In this document: piece after piece, positions 9,104 to 17,200 of the stretch
How the letters are laid out: each line of letters begins with the position of its first letter
Numbering within the stretch: the first letter of the stretch is position 1
Assembly (NCBI GenBank): GCA_029564765.1
Contig: JAKQPK010000060.1
Coordinates: forward strand, 1-49,496
Source: Candidatus Omnitrophota bacterium
GTDB lineage: Bacteria > Omnitrophota > Gorgyraeia > Zapsychrales > Aceulaceae
Direction of reading: 5' to 3'
DNA length: 49,496 nt
Position numbers and translations under genes: made by a program
Notes under the pieces: model-generated
Seen by the model: only the letters and a program-made list of their open reading frames with translations
What the model was told of the DNA's origin: nothing
Database searches by the model: none

Positions 9104-9423
9104 CGCTTGAACCTGTCCCTTCTTTTCTGCATCTCCTGCTCGATTGCCTGCAGTTCCTTTTCGATCACCTCAAAAGCATCGAGCATTTTGGCTGACTGGT
9201 CGATCCAGCCGCCCGCGTTCGGCAGATATCCCTGCCGGTAAAACTGAAATGCCCTTATAAAGCTCGCCGACTGACGTGTGACGATCTTAAAAGGGCATCC
9301 TCGATACTGCGATCCGTTAAGCTCCCAGACTTCCTGGCCGGGCACTTCATATTCACATTGAATCTTTCTCCCGCTTAAACAGCTCTGGCAGTTCAGGGTG
9401 AGGCCGCCCAAATGAACCGCCAC
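9100..9423 (-). CDS. Tail assembly chaperone gpT portion (read as a gpGT fusion)
   Basis: Lies in the -1 frame from the slippery site at the end of gpG; LPNAGGWIDQ motif. Confidence 0.75.
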   Translation of the reverse strand: MAVHLGGLTLNCQSCLSGRKIQCEYEVPGQEVWELNGSQYRGCPFKIVTRQSASFIRAFQFYRQGYLPNAGGWIDQSAKMLDAFEVIEKELQAIEQEMQKRRDRFKR

Positions 9424-9425
9424 GA

Positions 9426-9851
9426 TCAGTTTTTTTGCTCGCCCTCCGACAGTTTCGATTCGTTCAAAATGACCTCGGCCAGTTCCTGCCTCAACTCGTT
9501 CGGGAACATGGCAATGATCCTGTCCGGAACGACATTTCTCATCTTGCCCGCATAATGAATCGTATCGAACTTAAGCTCGATCGGCTTCTTGGTCTCGGGA
9601 TCAAGGAAATTCGTCAGGCCCTTAAGACCGAACTTGATCGCTGTGATCTGCCGCTTGTTCCAGTTGAGCCTGACCTTAGCTTTATCATTGGGGTTGGTCG
9701 AACTCATCTCGTATGTACTGCTCTCATCGTCAACTTCGGCCCTCAACACCGGATCCAGAAGCCCGATATGAAACATGCTTGGATTTTCTTTGTCCGGATC
9801 AAGTTTTGACACATATTCGCGTGTCGCATTCACATCAATTCCTGTAAGCAT
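9426..9851 (-). CDS. Tail assembly chaperone gpG
   Basis: Between the tail tube and tape measure genes; ends EQKN-stop over a slippery sequence. Confidence 0.8.
   Translation of the reverse strand: MLTGIDVNATREYVSKLDPDKENPSMFHIGLLDPVLRAEVDDESSTYEMSSTNPNDKAKVRLNWNKRQITAIKFGLKGLTNFLDPETKKPIELKFDTIHYAGKMRNVVPDRIIAMFPNELRQELAEVILNESKLSEGEQKN
9429..9435 (-). other. -1 programmed ribosomal frameshift site A AAA AAC
   Basis: CAA AAA AAC TGA; the -1 frame continues AAA AAA CTG ATC GTG into ORF 9100..9423. Confidence 0.85.
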
Positions 9852-9865
9852 TAAACACCTCCTGT

Positions 9866-11017
9866 TTATAAAAGTAGCAAAGCGATTTCATCATCTCCCG
9901 GCTCCATCGAACCGGTCAGATCGAACGACGTCTGCGCCAGCTGAATGCCGTCGCGGTCGCCGTCATCGACCTTGTTGTAAACGATCCCTGGCGCATAGAA
10001 CCGGAACTTATTGCCATCGGTTTCTCCGTACGCCAGATCAAGCACCATCGGCGTATTGCTGAACCATTTGGAGAAGAAATCATGTGAAGCAACCGGCACC
10101 ATTTCCGGATTGAACGAACCCTGCATGTCCCTGCCGGTGATCATGTAGGACAAAATCCCTTTTGCATCGTCGATCTTGTCTTTTGAAGCCAGCGTATTCG
10201 ATACGTCGATCTCCATCTCACCAACATTGAGCGACACGCCGTCACAGGACATGACCGCGTTCAAAAGCACCGGCGGTATGGTATTGTCGAAACTCACGCC
10301 CGAGAACATCGGCGTGTCCGTAACTCCGTGTTCGACACCCTTGAAACTGAAATCAAGCGTGGCCGGTTCACCGATCTTAAAGTTGAACTTGACCGTTCCC
10401 CGGCATCCCTTTAGAAGCTTCGCCACGCCGTCCTCGTAAAGACCCATGGTCAAGGAAAGCACAGAACTGCTGATCGGCTTTATTTCAAAACCCGCGTTTG
10501 CCGGATCAGATGACGCGGTCGACACTGCGCCGGAATCCGCGCCTGTAATATGATCTCCTGTCTCAAAAACTCCGGTGAGCGCGACATAATAAAGCGCGGC
10601 CGCACCGTTTGCGGTCTTGATCACCACCCGGCCGGTTGCTCCCGATGTATCGCCGGTAATAACCTCTCCATGCCGGTAAGGCCCGCTGGTGATCGCGCCG
10701 ATCGATATTTTCTTGAGCGCATTCGACTGAAACCCGCAGGCCCTGACCAGCCTCGTCCACTCCGGCTCAACCGTAACCGATCCCGAACCTTTCAATTCGA
10801 TACTAAAATCGATCCCTGCCGAGCGTTTCCCTGCCAGTTTCCCCATCTTGGTCAACGATGCGCGGACAGGATCCCGCTGATACATCTGCGGATCGTAACT
10901 TGCCTTCGGTGAAAAATTCACCAGAATGCCTGCGTCAGCCGCCAAGAGAGTTTCCGCCGTTCCCTCTACAGCCTCGATCTTCGCCGCAAGCTGGCGTTTT
11001 CTTATGAGCATTGACAT
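9866..11017 (-). CDS. Major tail tube protein with an internal inserted domain
   Basis: Synteny; tube-like motifs (FSIELKGSG, LVRACGF, LKGCRGTVKF); Gly/Thr repeat insertion at about residues 101-175. Confidence 0.8.
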   Translation of the reverse strand: MSMLIRKRQLAAKIEAVEGTAETLLAADAGILVNFSPKASYDPQMYQRDPVRASLTKMGKLAGKRSAGIDFSIELKGSGSVTVEPEWTRLVRACGFQSNALKKISIGAITSGPYRHGEVITGDTSGATGRVVIKTANGAAALYYVALTGVFETGDHITGADSGAVSTASSDPANAGFEIKPISSSVLSLTMGLYEDGVAKLLKGCRGTVKFNFKIGEPATLDFSFKGVEHGVTDTPMFSGVSFDNTIPPVLLNAVMSCDGVSLNVGEMEIDVSNTLASKDKIDDAKGILSYMITGRDMQGSFNPEMVPVASHDFFSKWFSNTPMVLDLAYGETDGNKFRFYAPGIVYNKVDDGDRDGIQLAQTSFDLTGSMEPGDDEIALLLL

Positions 11018-11032
11018 TGCAATCCCTCCCTT

Positions 11033-11500
11033 TTAGTTCTTTACTGTCGGATCTGTCCGCAGATGACGATAGCGGACGCGAACCTCCATGATGATCCCCG
11101 CGTACGGCTGTGCCTCGGTCGTCTCAAACGGCGTTGTCCCCAGAACATCCGTATCAACCGCATTGCCCGCGCGCGTGGAGTCCTGCAGGATCGCTTTCTT
11201 TATATCTCCCTGCAGCCTGTTCAAATACGTATCGGTCGGCACCGGATCGTTCTCGTCGTTCACGAAAAATATGTCCAGATACAGGGTTAAAAAACATTCT
11301 TCAAACGGATTCGGCAAACTCGATTCGTCTTCATCACCCGGGCTGATCACCACCATCGGCATATCGACCATTCTGTTGCCGTGCATCGACCACCGCTGGA
11401 CGGTGGCAGGCGTAAAATCAAAGTTGTACCCGTTAGCGATCGTCACGCCTTCAAGTACAGTCTTGATGTTCTGCAATATCCGCTCTCTTACCGTTTCCAT
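11033..11500 (-). CDS. Tail terminator protein, gpU-like
   Basis: METVRERILQNIKTVL N-terminus, 155 aa, directly before the tube gene. Confidence 0.72.
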   Translation of the reverse strand: METVRERILQNIKTVLEGVTIANGYNFDFTPATVQRWSMHGNRMVDMPMVVISPGDEDESSLPNPFEECFLTLYLDIFFVNDENDPVPTDTYLNRLQGDIKKAILQDSTRAGNAVDTDVLGTTPFETTEAQPYAGIIMEVRVRYRHLRTDPTVKN

Positions 11501-12108
11501 CAGATCTTCCTCAACGCCTTTTCGATCGATTTATTCAAAATATCTATCCGGTAATTCACAAGGCCGTCCCATGTCCGGTAAAACCCCAGCCTCGGTTTAA
11601 TACGCACTGACCGTTTAAGCACATACAGAGGCAAGATCTTCTTTGCTCGTTTCGTCACCCGGGCCAGAAACGTCTCGCCCCTCCATCGCAAAGCCCTGAC
11701 GTTCTTCAACTGTTTCGGTTTTTTATACCGCGCTCTCAGCTTCCCCGATGGCGTAAACATCTCTGACCGCGCCGATAACGGCACTGCAAGCCGCTTACCG
11801 CCAGGATCCCTGACCGTTCCTCCGGTCTCGTGCAATTTGGCGATCTTTGATTCCGAGAAAACCTCAATGCCCATGCCCTCGATCTCTGGCGACACTAAAA
11901 ACACCCGCTTGAACGTGCCGAATAGACCATGACCTGACGCGCCTCGCACGCCCGGAGGACCCTGAAGCTGTTGCTGTCTGAACCGTTTCAAAAACCCTTT
12001 GCTGATACGATCCAAACCGTCCGCCAGCTCGAATTTAAGGACACGGGGCGCGATCTTGATCGCCCTGTCCAGCGCCCTTGTATCAATCTCTGTGATTAAC
12101 TGCACCAT
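11500..12108 (-). CDS. Basic neck/tail-completion protein (gpZ/HK97 gp10-like)
   Basis: Arg/Lys-rich; AKLHETGGTV and VRIKPRLGF motifs; synteny. Confidence 0.65.
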   Translation of the reverse strand: MVQLITEIDTRALDRAIKIAPRVLKFELADGLDRISKGFLKRFRQQQLQGPPGVRGASGHGLFGTFKRVFLVSPEIEGMGIEVFSESKIAKLHETGGTVRDPGGKRLAVPLSARSEMFTPSGKLRARYKKPKQLKNVRALRWRGETFLARVTKRAKKILPLYVLKRSVRIKPRLGFYRTWDGLVNYRIDILNKSIEKALRKI

Positions 12109-12110
12109 AC

Positions 12111-12455
12111 CTACCACCCCACCAGAAGATGCCACATCCCCTCATCACGGCTGATGACATCGTTGATCCGAGCCTCGCGGTCGAACCCTTCCGAATCTTT
12201 AAGCGTGATGCGGTCGTCGGATTTGCTTACTGCCGCAATGCCGTTCGTTACATCATTGGCGATATAAACCTCCGCCTGTTTCTTGAGCGACCGATTAATG
12301 TTTTCCTCTGCCGGCGCAAGCTCATAGCGAACCACAACGGCCGGGATCACCTTGGACACACCCGCGCCAGGCGTATATGTGATCTCCTCAGCAAACTCGC
12401 CCATGTTCAGAAAACAACCGACAGCATCTTTCGGCATCTGTTCTTTTAAGCTCAT
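12111..12455 (-). CDS. Head-tail joining protein, gpFII-like
   Basis: FLNMGEFAEEITY motif; follows the capsid gene. Confidence 0.65.
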   Translation of the reverse strand: MSLKEQMPKDAVGCFLNMGEFAEEITYTPGAGVSKVIPAVVVRYELAPAEENINRSLKKQAEVYIANDVTNGIAAVSKSDDRITLKDSEGFDREARINDVISRDEGMWHLLVGW

Positions 12456-12467
12456 GAACACGTCCTC

Positions 12468-12506
12468 AAAAGGGACCCGGGAGCAGTTACGCCCCCGGGC
12501 ATCCCC
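12468..12506 (-). terminator. Intrinsic terminator after the major capsid gene
   Basis: GC-rich stem GGGATGCCCGGGGGC/GCTCCCGGGTCCC followed by TTTT. Confidence 0.65.
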
Positions 12507-12511
12507 TGTTT

Positions 12512-13468
12512 TTAAGCGTCGACCTTCAGCAGATGCGCGAAATACGGATCCACGATTATCTCGTCCACATGCTGGCGCACGCGGAAGATGTCGCTTCTGG
12601 CCGCATCATCACGGTACTGCTCGACAGTTGCGTTCTCCGGACTGTCCGCCGTCCACAGGAATGTTCTTCCCACAGTCGGATCGGATAATCTCTGCCCCTC
12701 GCCGATCACCGCCACCATGGCAAAATCGTCGCTCCATATATCCGCACCCTGAAACGATTTGCCCTCTTTCGCGGTGTTGTAGATCGCCTTGCCGACAAGG
12801 ATCCGCTTCACACCAAGAATATCCGCCATGGCGTTGAGGATCTCCGCCTCTGTCAGCCTTGCGACATACTGGATCGCAGCCTTGATCTTCTCGTTGCCGA
12901 GAAGCCGATCGATGTTCGCCTTGCTCATGATGAGCGTTCCCGGCTCCATTCCGCAGTTCTGCCTCACCTTTTCGCGAGCTTCACGCACCTGCGCGATAAC
13001 ATCGCTTGAGGTGTTGTCCCAAGGCGCGGTCGAGAAGTCGGTAAAAAGCTTCGATCCTGTAAAAACCGCAGTATCGAAAACCTTCGACGCGATCCTCTTC
13101 TCCTGTGCCTGCAGGACCCTGCGCGTCACGATCTGGACGGTCGTAAGCTCGGCATCGAAATCCGTGGCATACATTTCCCGTTCGGAATCGTCCAGAGGCC
13201 CTTCCAAACCATGCTCTTCGCAGTTGTACTGCCGGTCTTTCGCCTGAAAGGTGTCCCGGTTGTAGTTGCCGCGAGGCGCGCGCTTGGTATCCGCTTCACG
13301 CGTAATGCTCTCCCGGGTGATCGCCGGAAAGATGCTCGCTTTCTTTTTTGTCTGGAAAATAGGCAGAACCTTCGTGCCTATGAACTCATCCTGCGACTGG
13401 ATAAACTCCAGCGCCGCTTCCCCTAACTCGAGTCTCGGTACTGCTCTTGTCCCTTGATAGTCTGGCAT
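12512..13468 (-). CDS. Major capsid protein (lambda gpE-like family)
   Basis: 318 aa with an AGGAGG SD; lies after the protease and decoration genes and before a terminator. Confidence 0.82.
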   Translation of the reverse strand: MPDYQGTRAVPRLELGEAALEFIQSQDEFIGTKVLPIFQTKKKASIFPAITRESITREADTKRAPRGNYNRDTFQAKDRQYNCEEHGLEGPLDDSEREMYATDFDAELTTVQIVTRRVLQAQEKRIASKVFDTAVFTGSKLFTDFSTAPWDNTSSDVIAQVREAREKVRQNCGMEPGTLIMSKANIDRLLGNEKIKAAIQYVARLTEAEILNAMADILGVKRILVGKAIYNTAKEGKSFQGADIWSDDFAMVAVIGEGQRLSDPTVGRTFLWTADSPENATVEQYRDDAARSDIFRVRQHVDEIIVDPYFAHLLKVDA

Positions 13469-13487
13469 GTTTCATTCCTCCTTTTGA

Positions 13488-13847
13488 TTAGGCAAATAGC
13501 CCTTCGATAACTTCACTGTCGCTTGTTGATGCTTCCAGCGCCTTGCCAATAATTGAACCGCTCACGGTTGCGCTGATCTTCCCGTCAATGGCTCCGTAAA
13601 CACTGCCTCCGGCGCTGATCGCTCCGGCCGCGACCATCTTGAACGTCCTGCCGGAACTCTTTAAATCAACGCTGACATGCTCGCCCAGAGCTGCCTTGGC
13701 CGCGGTGATCCCGATACACGCTTCACCCGCATCGGCGTATTCCACCTGCGATCCGCTTCCCGTACTCAGCTTGACCCTGCGGTAAGCTTCAAGCTCCTCT
13801 CCCGCGATAAATGCTTTTGATCCGATATTGAATTGAGACATCGCCAT
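13488..13847 (-). CDS. Capsid decoration/cement protein (DUF2190-like)
   Basis: Small and Ala/Gly-rich; AAGAISAGGSVY...GK...IGKALEA pattern; directly before the capsid gene. Confidence 0.75.
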   Translation of the reverse strand: MAMSQFNIGSKAFIAGEELEAYRRVKLSTGSGSQVEYADAGEACIGITAAKAALGEHVSVDLKSSGRTFKMVAAGAISAGGSVYGAIDGKISATVSGSIIGKALEASTSDSEVIEGLFA

Positions 13848-13859
13848 ACCTCCTTTTGG

Positions 13860-14924
13860 TTATTTTCTTTTGTCCGCTGTTGCCTTAAGCGCATCTGTCG
13901 TACTGCACCCGCTCTCTTTTTGATACTGCCGGGCGCGCTCCAGATGCGTCATCTGCTTCTTTGCCGGTTCTTCCTCCGCATCAGGCCCCAAAGACGGCGC
14001 AGAAGCTTTCTGCAGGCCATCAAGCTGTTTCTCCTGAAACTTGATGACTGAATTCTCGAATGTCGCGCCGCTCTCGACTGATTCAAGCGCGATATCGGCC
14101 ATATCCTTGAACACCTTCGATTTCTTCAAGATCGAGACTGCCCGTTCGCGCTCTTTCTTCATCCCCTCTTCAACCCCGAGCGCGTGAATGGAGTTGTAAA
14201 GGCCGGAATGTTCCGCCTTAAGCTTTTCCATCGTTATCTCTTCTGACATTTTCTTGTCCTCCTTATTTTTGTTTGCCCCGTACCTTTCCAGGAACGCGAT
14301 CACCTTCCCAACCGATTCCGGCTGGCTTAGGAACCTATCTAAAAAGACCGTCATCTCCGCGGACGGCCTGACACTTTCCGAGAAGAAAGGCATCCCGAAA
14401 AGACCGTTGTTTGCCGCTGGATCATCCACAATATCCACAGACAGAAGCTTCTTCACGCGGATAAAAGGAGGAAGATCCTCACCCTCTTTTGTTTTCTCCT
14501 CGCGGAATTCCTCGTCCCAGTGAATGACCATTGAAGACCCGAACGCCTGAGGATCGCTCTCGGCAAGGTTCATGACATATCCGGCAAGGTCGCCGTCAGG
14601 CGTTTCATGTGCAGTCGGATCGATATGCAGGTCCGCGCGCACAATATCGCCGTCCCTTCTGAAATTTCTCGTCCTCCCCAAGAACGTGCCGAGCGCGGTA
14701 CTCGACATATTCGGATGGCCGAACCTCGATTTGACTCCGGCTTTAACCTTGTTGCCAAACTCAACAACCGAATCCAGCGCTATGTCATCGAACTCACCCC
14801 TTTCGTCATGAGTAACTCCCCTGGTTACAACAGCAAAGCCTTCAATAACCTCTTCCTTGCGGTTTACGCGCACACCGGCGCCGCGCGCGATATCCGCTCT
14901 GAAATAAATGTCTTTATTCGCCAT
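13860..14924 (-). CDS. Prohead protease fused to a C-terminal scaffold region
   Basis: FGHP, FGSS and VDIVDDPA resemble herpes/T4-gp21-type protease motifs; charged helical C-terminal half; between portal and capsid genes. Confidence 0.65.
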   Translation of the reverse strand: MANKDIYFRADIARGAGVRVNRKEEVIEGFAVVTRGVTHDERGEFDDIALDSVVEFGNKVKAGVKSRFGHPNMSSTALGTFLGRTRNFRRDGDIVRADLHIDPTAHETPDGDLAGYVMNLAESDPQAFGSSMVIHWDEEFREEKTKEGEDLPPFIRVKKLLSVDIVDDPAANNGLFGMPFFSESVRPSAEMTVFLDRFLSQPESVGKVIAFLERYGANKNKEDKKMSEEITMEKLKAEHSGLYNSIHALGVEEGMKKERERAVSILKKSKVFKDMADIALESVESGATFENSVIKFQEKQLDGLQKASAPSLGPDAEEEPAKKQMTHLERARQYQKESGCSTTDALKATADKRK

Positions 14925-14956
14925 TTCTCACCTCTTTCGTCCCGGTAAAGGAAACG

Positions 14957-16573
14957 TCAATTTCGATCGGCATCGACATCCGGCTTTTTGCCCCCACGAG
15001 AATCCTCCTCGCCTTCTTCACCGGTGTTTTTCTGCTTTTCTTTTGTTTTGTTTTCATCCTGAACCTCAAGTCCGAGTTTCCGCATCTTCTCCTGCTCGCG
15101 CTTGCGCTGTTCGAAACACTCTTCCCAATCCTTGCCATCCTGCGCGTAAAGATCGGAATACGTCACGATCCCGTTTCTTAATCCGACCTCCGCGGCCTGC
15201 GCTTCTTTAAGCGGATCCACCCATTCCCAGCCCGGCGCGATCCATGAAGCCCCAGTCCAGCGCTGTCTTTTCTCGTAAAATGTATCCGCAGATATTTCGC
15301 CGTTTAAGTACGCCTCTTCCAGCAACATGTCCCAGACCGGCTGGCAGAATTTCTGCGCCAACCATTCCTGACGCATCCGGAAATAACGACGCGCTTCAAG
15401 CAGCGCCGCCCGCGCGCTTGAGTAATTCGTTTTCGAAAAGTCCTTGGCCACGAGTTCATACGGAAGGCCAAGCGCCGCAGAGATGGCTTTCAAAATGCGG
15501 TCAACGAACGGTTCGAAACTCGATCCCGGCCGCTGGGGATTAAACGACGTGATGCTCTCTCCCGGCATCAAATGCTTGATCATGCCCGGCTCAAGACTTT
15601 CAATAAACTGACCCGATGGATTTCTTTCGTAAGCACCGCCCGCCGAAACGTCCATGGACGCTTCCGAAGTTACAAAAAGCGAGAAACACGCGGCAATCCT
15701 CGCGGCCACGAGTTCGGCTTCCGCGTATTCCCCGAGATCCTTGAAATAAGATAAAACCGGCGCAAAGAACGGCACCCCGCGCGTCTGTCCCGAACGTAAA
15801 ACGTAGTAGAGGTGAAAGACATTGCGCCTGCCGTATTCATTGAACGCCGGAATCTCTATAAATTCTTTATCACCGCTTTTAGCGATTCGCGATTCGCCGG
15901 GATGCGTCTTCTGAATGAAATACGAAACCGCCTCACCCTTTTCGCCTATGCGAACGCCCGCGCGGATCGACTTGTCTGCCCGCTTATCTGAAGGCGTATC
16001 CAGCCGGTCAGATTCGATCACCTGCAAAGCCGTCCTGTAAGGGCGTGAAGGATCCTCGATCATCATCGGAACGATCAACGCTTCCCCGTTTTCAAGAATC
16101 TGGCGGTCGACAAGCTGCTGGATCTCGTAAAAGTCCATGCGCCTGCCTGCATCCGCATACGGAATCCATCTCTTCCAGACCCGCTCCGCGTCTTTCTGAA
16201 ACTTCGCCGCTTCTTCTTCACCGAGCCCGATCTCATCCCTGTCGATACGCGACTGCGGACGAATGCCCGAACCGACCACATTGACTGTCATGGTCGAGGT
16301 AATGCCGGACGCATGAGCATCGTTGCGGTTTAAATCCCGGCTCCGTTCGCGAATATCTTTCAACTCCGGCAAGAGGTCAGCATCTGCGGATCCGCCACCG
16401 GGCATCCACGATGAACGAAGGCGGTCGCGTGACGCCCCCTTGTAAGAACTGAACGATCTGGTGACCTTTATGGCTTCGCGGTACATCCGACGTTTAAGTC
16501 CCGCACGCGGTGAAAAAAAAGAAACAAGGCCGTCCAGGCCGTTGGATAACTTTTCAGCCAGCGGTGTTTTCAT
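14957..16573 (-). CDS. Portal protein, lambda family
   Basis: RSRDLNRND, GQTRGVP, NYSSARAALLE and WVDPLKE motifs. Confidence 0.93.
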   Translation of the reverse strand: MKTPLAEKLSNGLDGLVSFFSPRAGLKRRMYREAIKVTRSFSSYKGASRDRLRSSWMPGGGSADADLLPELKDIRERSRDLNRNDAHASGITSTMTVNVVGSGIRPQSRIDRDEIGLGEEEAAKFQKDAERVWKRWIPYADAGRRMDFYEIQQLVDRQILENGEALIVPMMIEDPSRPYRTALQVIESDRLDTPSDKRADKSIRAGVRIGEKGEAVSYFIQKTHPGESRIAKSGDKEFIEIPAFNEYGRRNVFHLYYVLRSGQTRGVPFFAPVLSYFKDLGEYAEAELVAARIAACFSLFVTSEASMDVSAGGAYERNPSGQFIESLEPGMIKHLMPGESITSFNPQRPGSSFEPFVDRILKAISAALGLPYELVAKDFSKTNYSSARAALLEARRYFRMRQEWLAQKFCQPVWDMLLEEAYLNGEISADTFYEKRQRWTGASWIAPGWEWVDPLKEAQAAEVGLRNGIVTYSDLYAQDGKDWEECFEQRKREQEKMRKLGLEVQDENKTKEKQKNTGEEGEEDSRGGKKPDVDADRN

Positions 16574-16779
16574 GACGGCCTCCCGAACAACGCATATGTG
16601 GTCGCCCCGCCTGCCCCGGCAATCTCGCGCCTGAGCTGATCTCGCAACTTGTAGAGATCCTGAAGCGGAATGTACTGAAGGTTGCGGCCGCCGATGGAAT
16701 ACGACTGGACCGCACCGCCGGTGATCCGCGCGTTTATCGCAGCCTCGACGTTATCAAGCATTTCCTGTTTTGTAGCCAT
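16570..16779 (-). CDS. Head completion protein, gpW-like
   Basis: VQSYSIGGRNLQY motif; AAGGAG SD; ATGA-coupled to the portal gene. Confidence 0.8.
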   Translation of the reverse strand: MATKQEMLDNVEAAINARITGGAVQSYSIGGRNLQYIPLQDLYKLRDQLRREIAGAGGATTYALFGRPS

Positions 16780-16801
16780 AGTCCGCTCCTTTAAACCCAA
16801 T

Positions 16802-16844
16802 AAAAAAGCCCACACCTCGCTCGTCGACGAGATGCAGGCTTTTT
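16802..16844 (-). terminator. Terminator-like hairpin in the leader of the head/tail operon
   Basis: AAAAAGCCTGCATCTCG/CGAGGTGTGGGCTTTTTT stem ending in a U-tract. Confidence 0.7.
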
Positions 16845-16901
16845 ACTGCTATTGGGAGCACGACAGTGATCAGCTGTCCCGCTTTGAAAACTTCTAATTT
16901 A

Positions 16902-16954
16902 ATATTACCGCAAGCACGGCATATAACAAGATGGTCGTTACTACAAAATAGTAA
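16902..16954 (-). promoter_or_regulatory. Putative late promoter with upstream dyad TTACTA-N5-TAGTAA
   Basis: TTGTTA-N16-TAATAT (16929-16902). Perfect 6-bp dyad at 16938-16954, just after the Zn-ribbon gene. Confidence 0.5.
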
Positions 16955-16957
16955 AAA

Positions 16958-17200
16958 TTATTTTTCATCATTTGCCTCCACCGATTTAAAATTTTTTCCG
17001 CATTTGACGCACAGGTGGTACCTGATCGGCGGATGGCTCGAATAGCATTTAACGTCTTTACTCCGGCATCTGGGACAGCGGACAGGAATATAACGCACGC
17101 CGTAATCTTCGCTTTCGATTTTCGGACGGCCGGGAGATCTCCCCGCCTCCGATCCGCCGCAAGGCAGCCAGCCTGATCTTTTCTCGATCCACTTTCCCAT
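16958..17200 (-). CDS. Ogr/Delta-like Zn-ribbon protein (putative late activator)
   Basis: CPRCRS...RYHLCVKCGKNFKSVE; TGATG-coupled to the terminase gene. Confidence 0.7.
   Translation of the reverse strand: MGKWIEKRSGWLPCGGSEAGRSPGRPKIESEDYGVRYIPVRCPRCRSKDVKCYSSHPPIRYHLCVKCGKNFKSVEANDEK

Noticed and set aside
14914-15138. 74-aa basic ORF overlapping the portal end
   Set aside because: Mostly a shadow frame of the portal gene; no convincing SD or motif.
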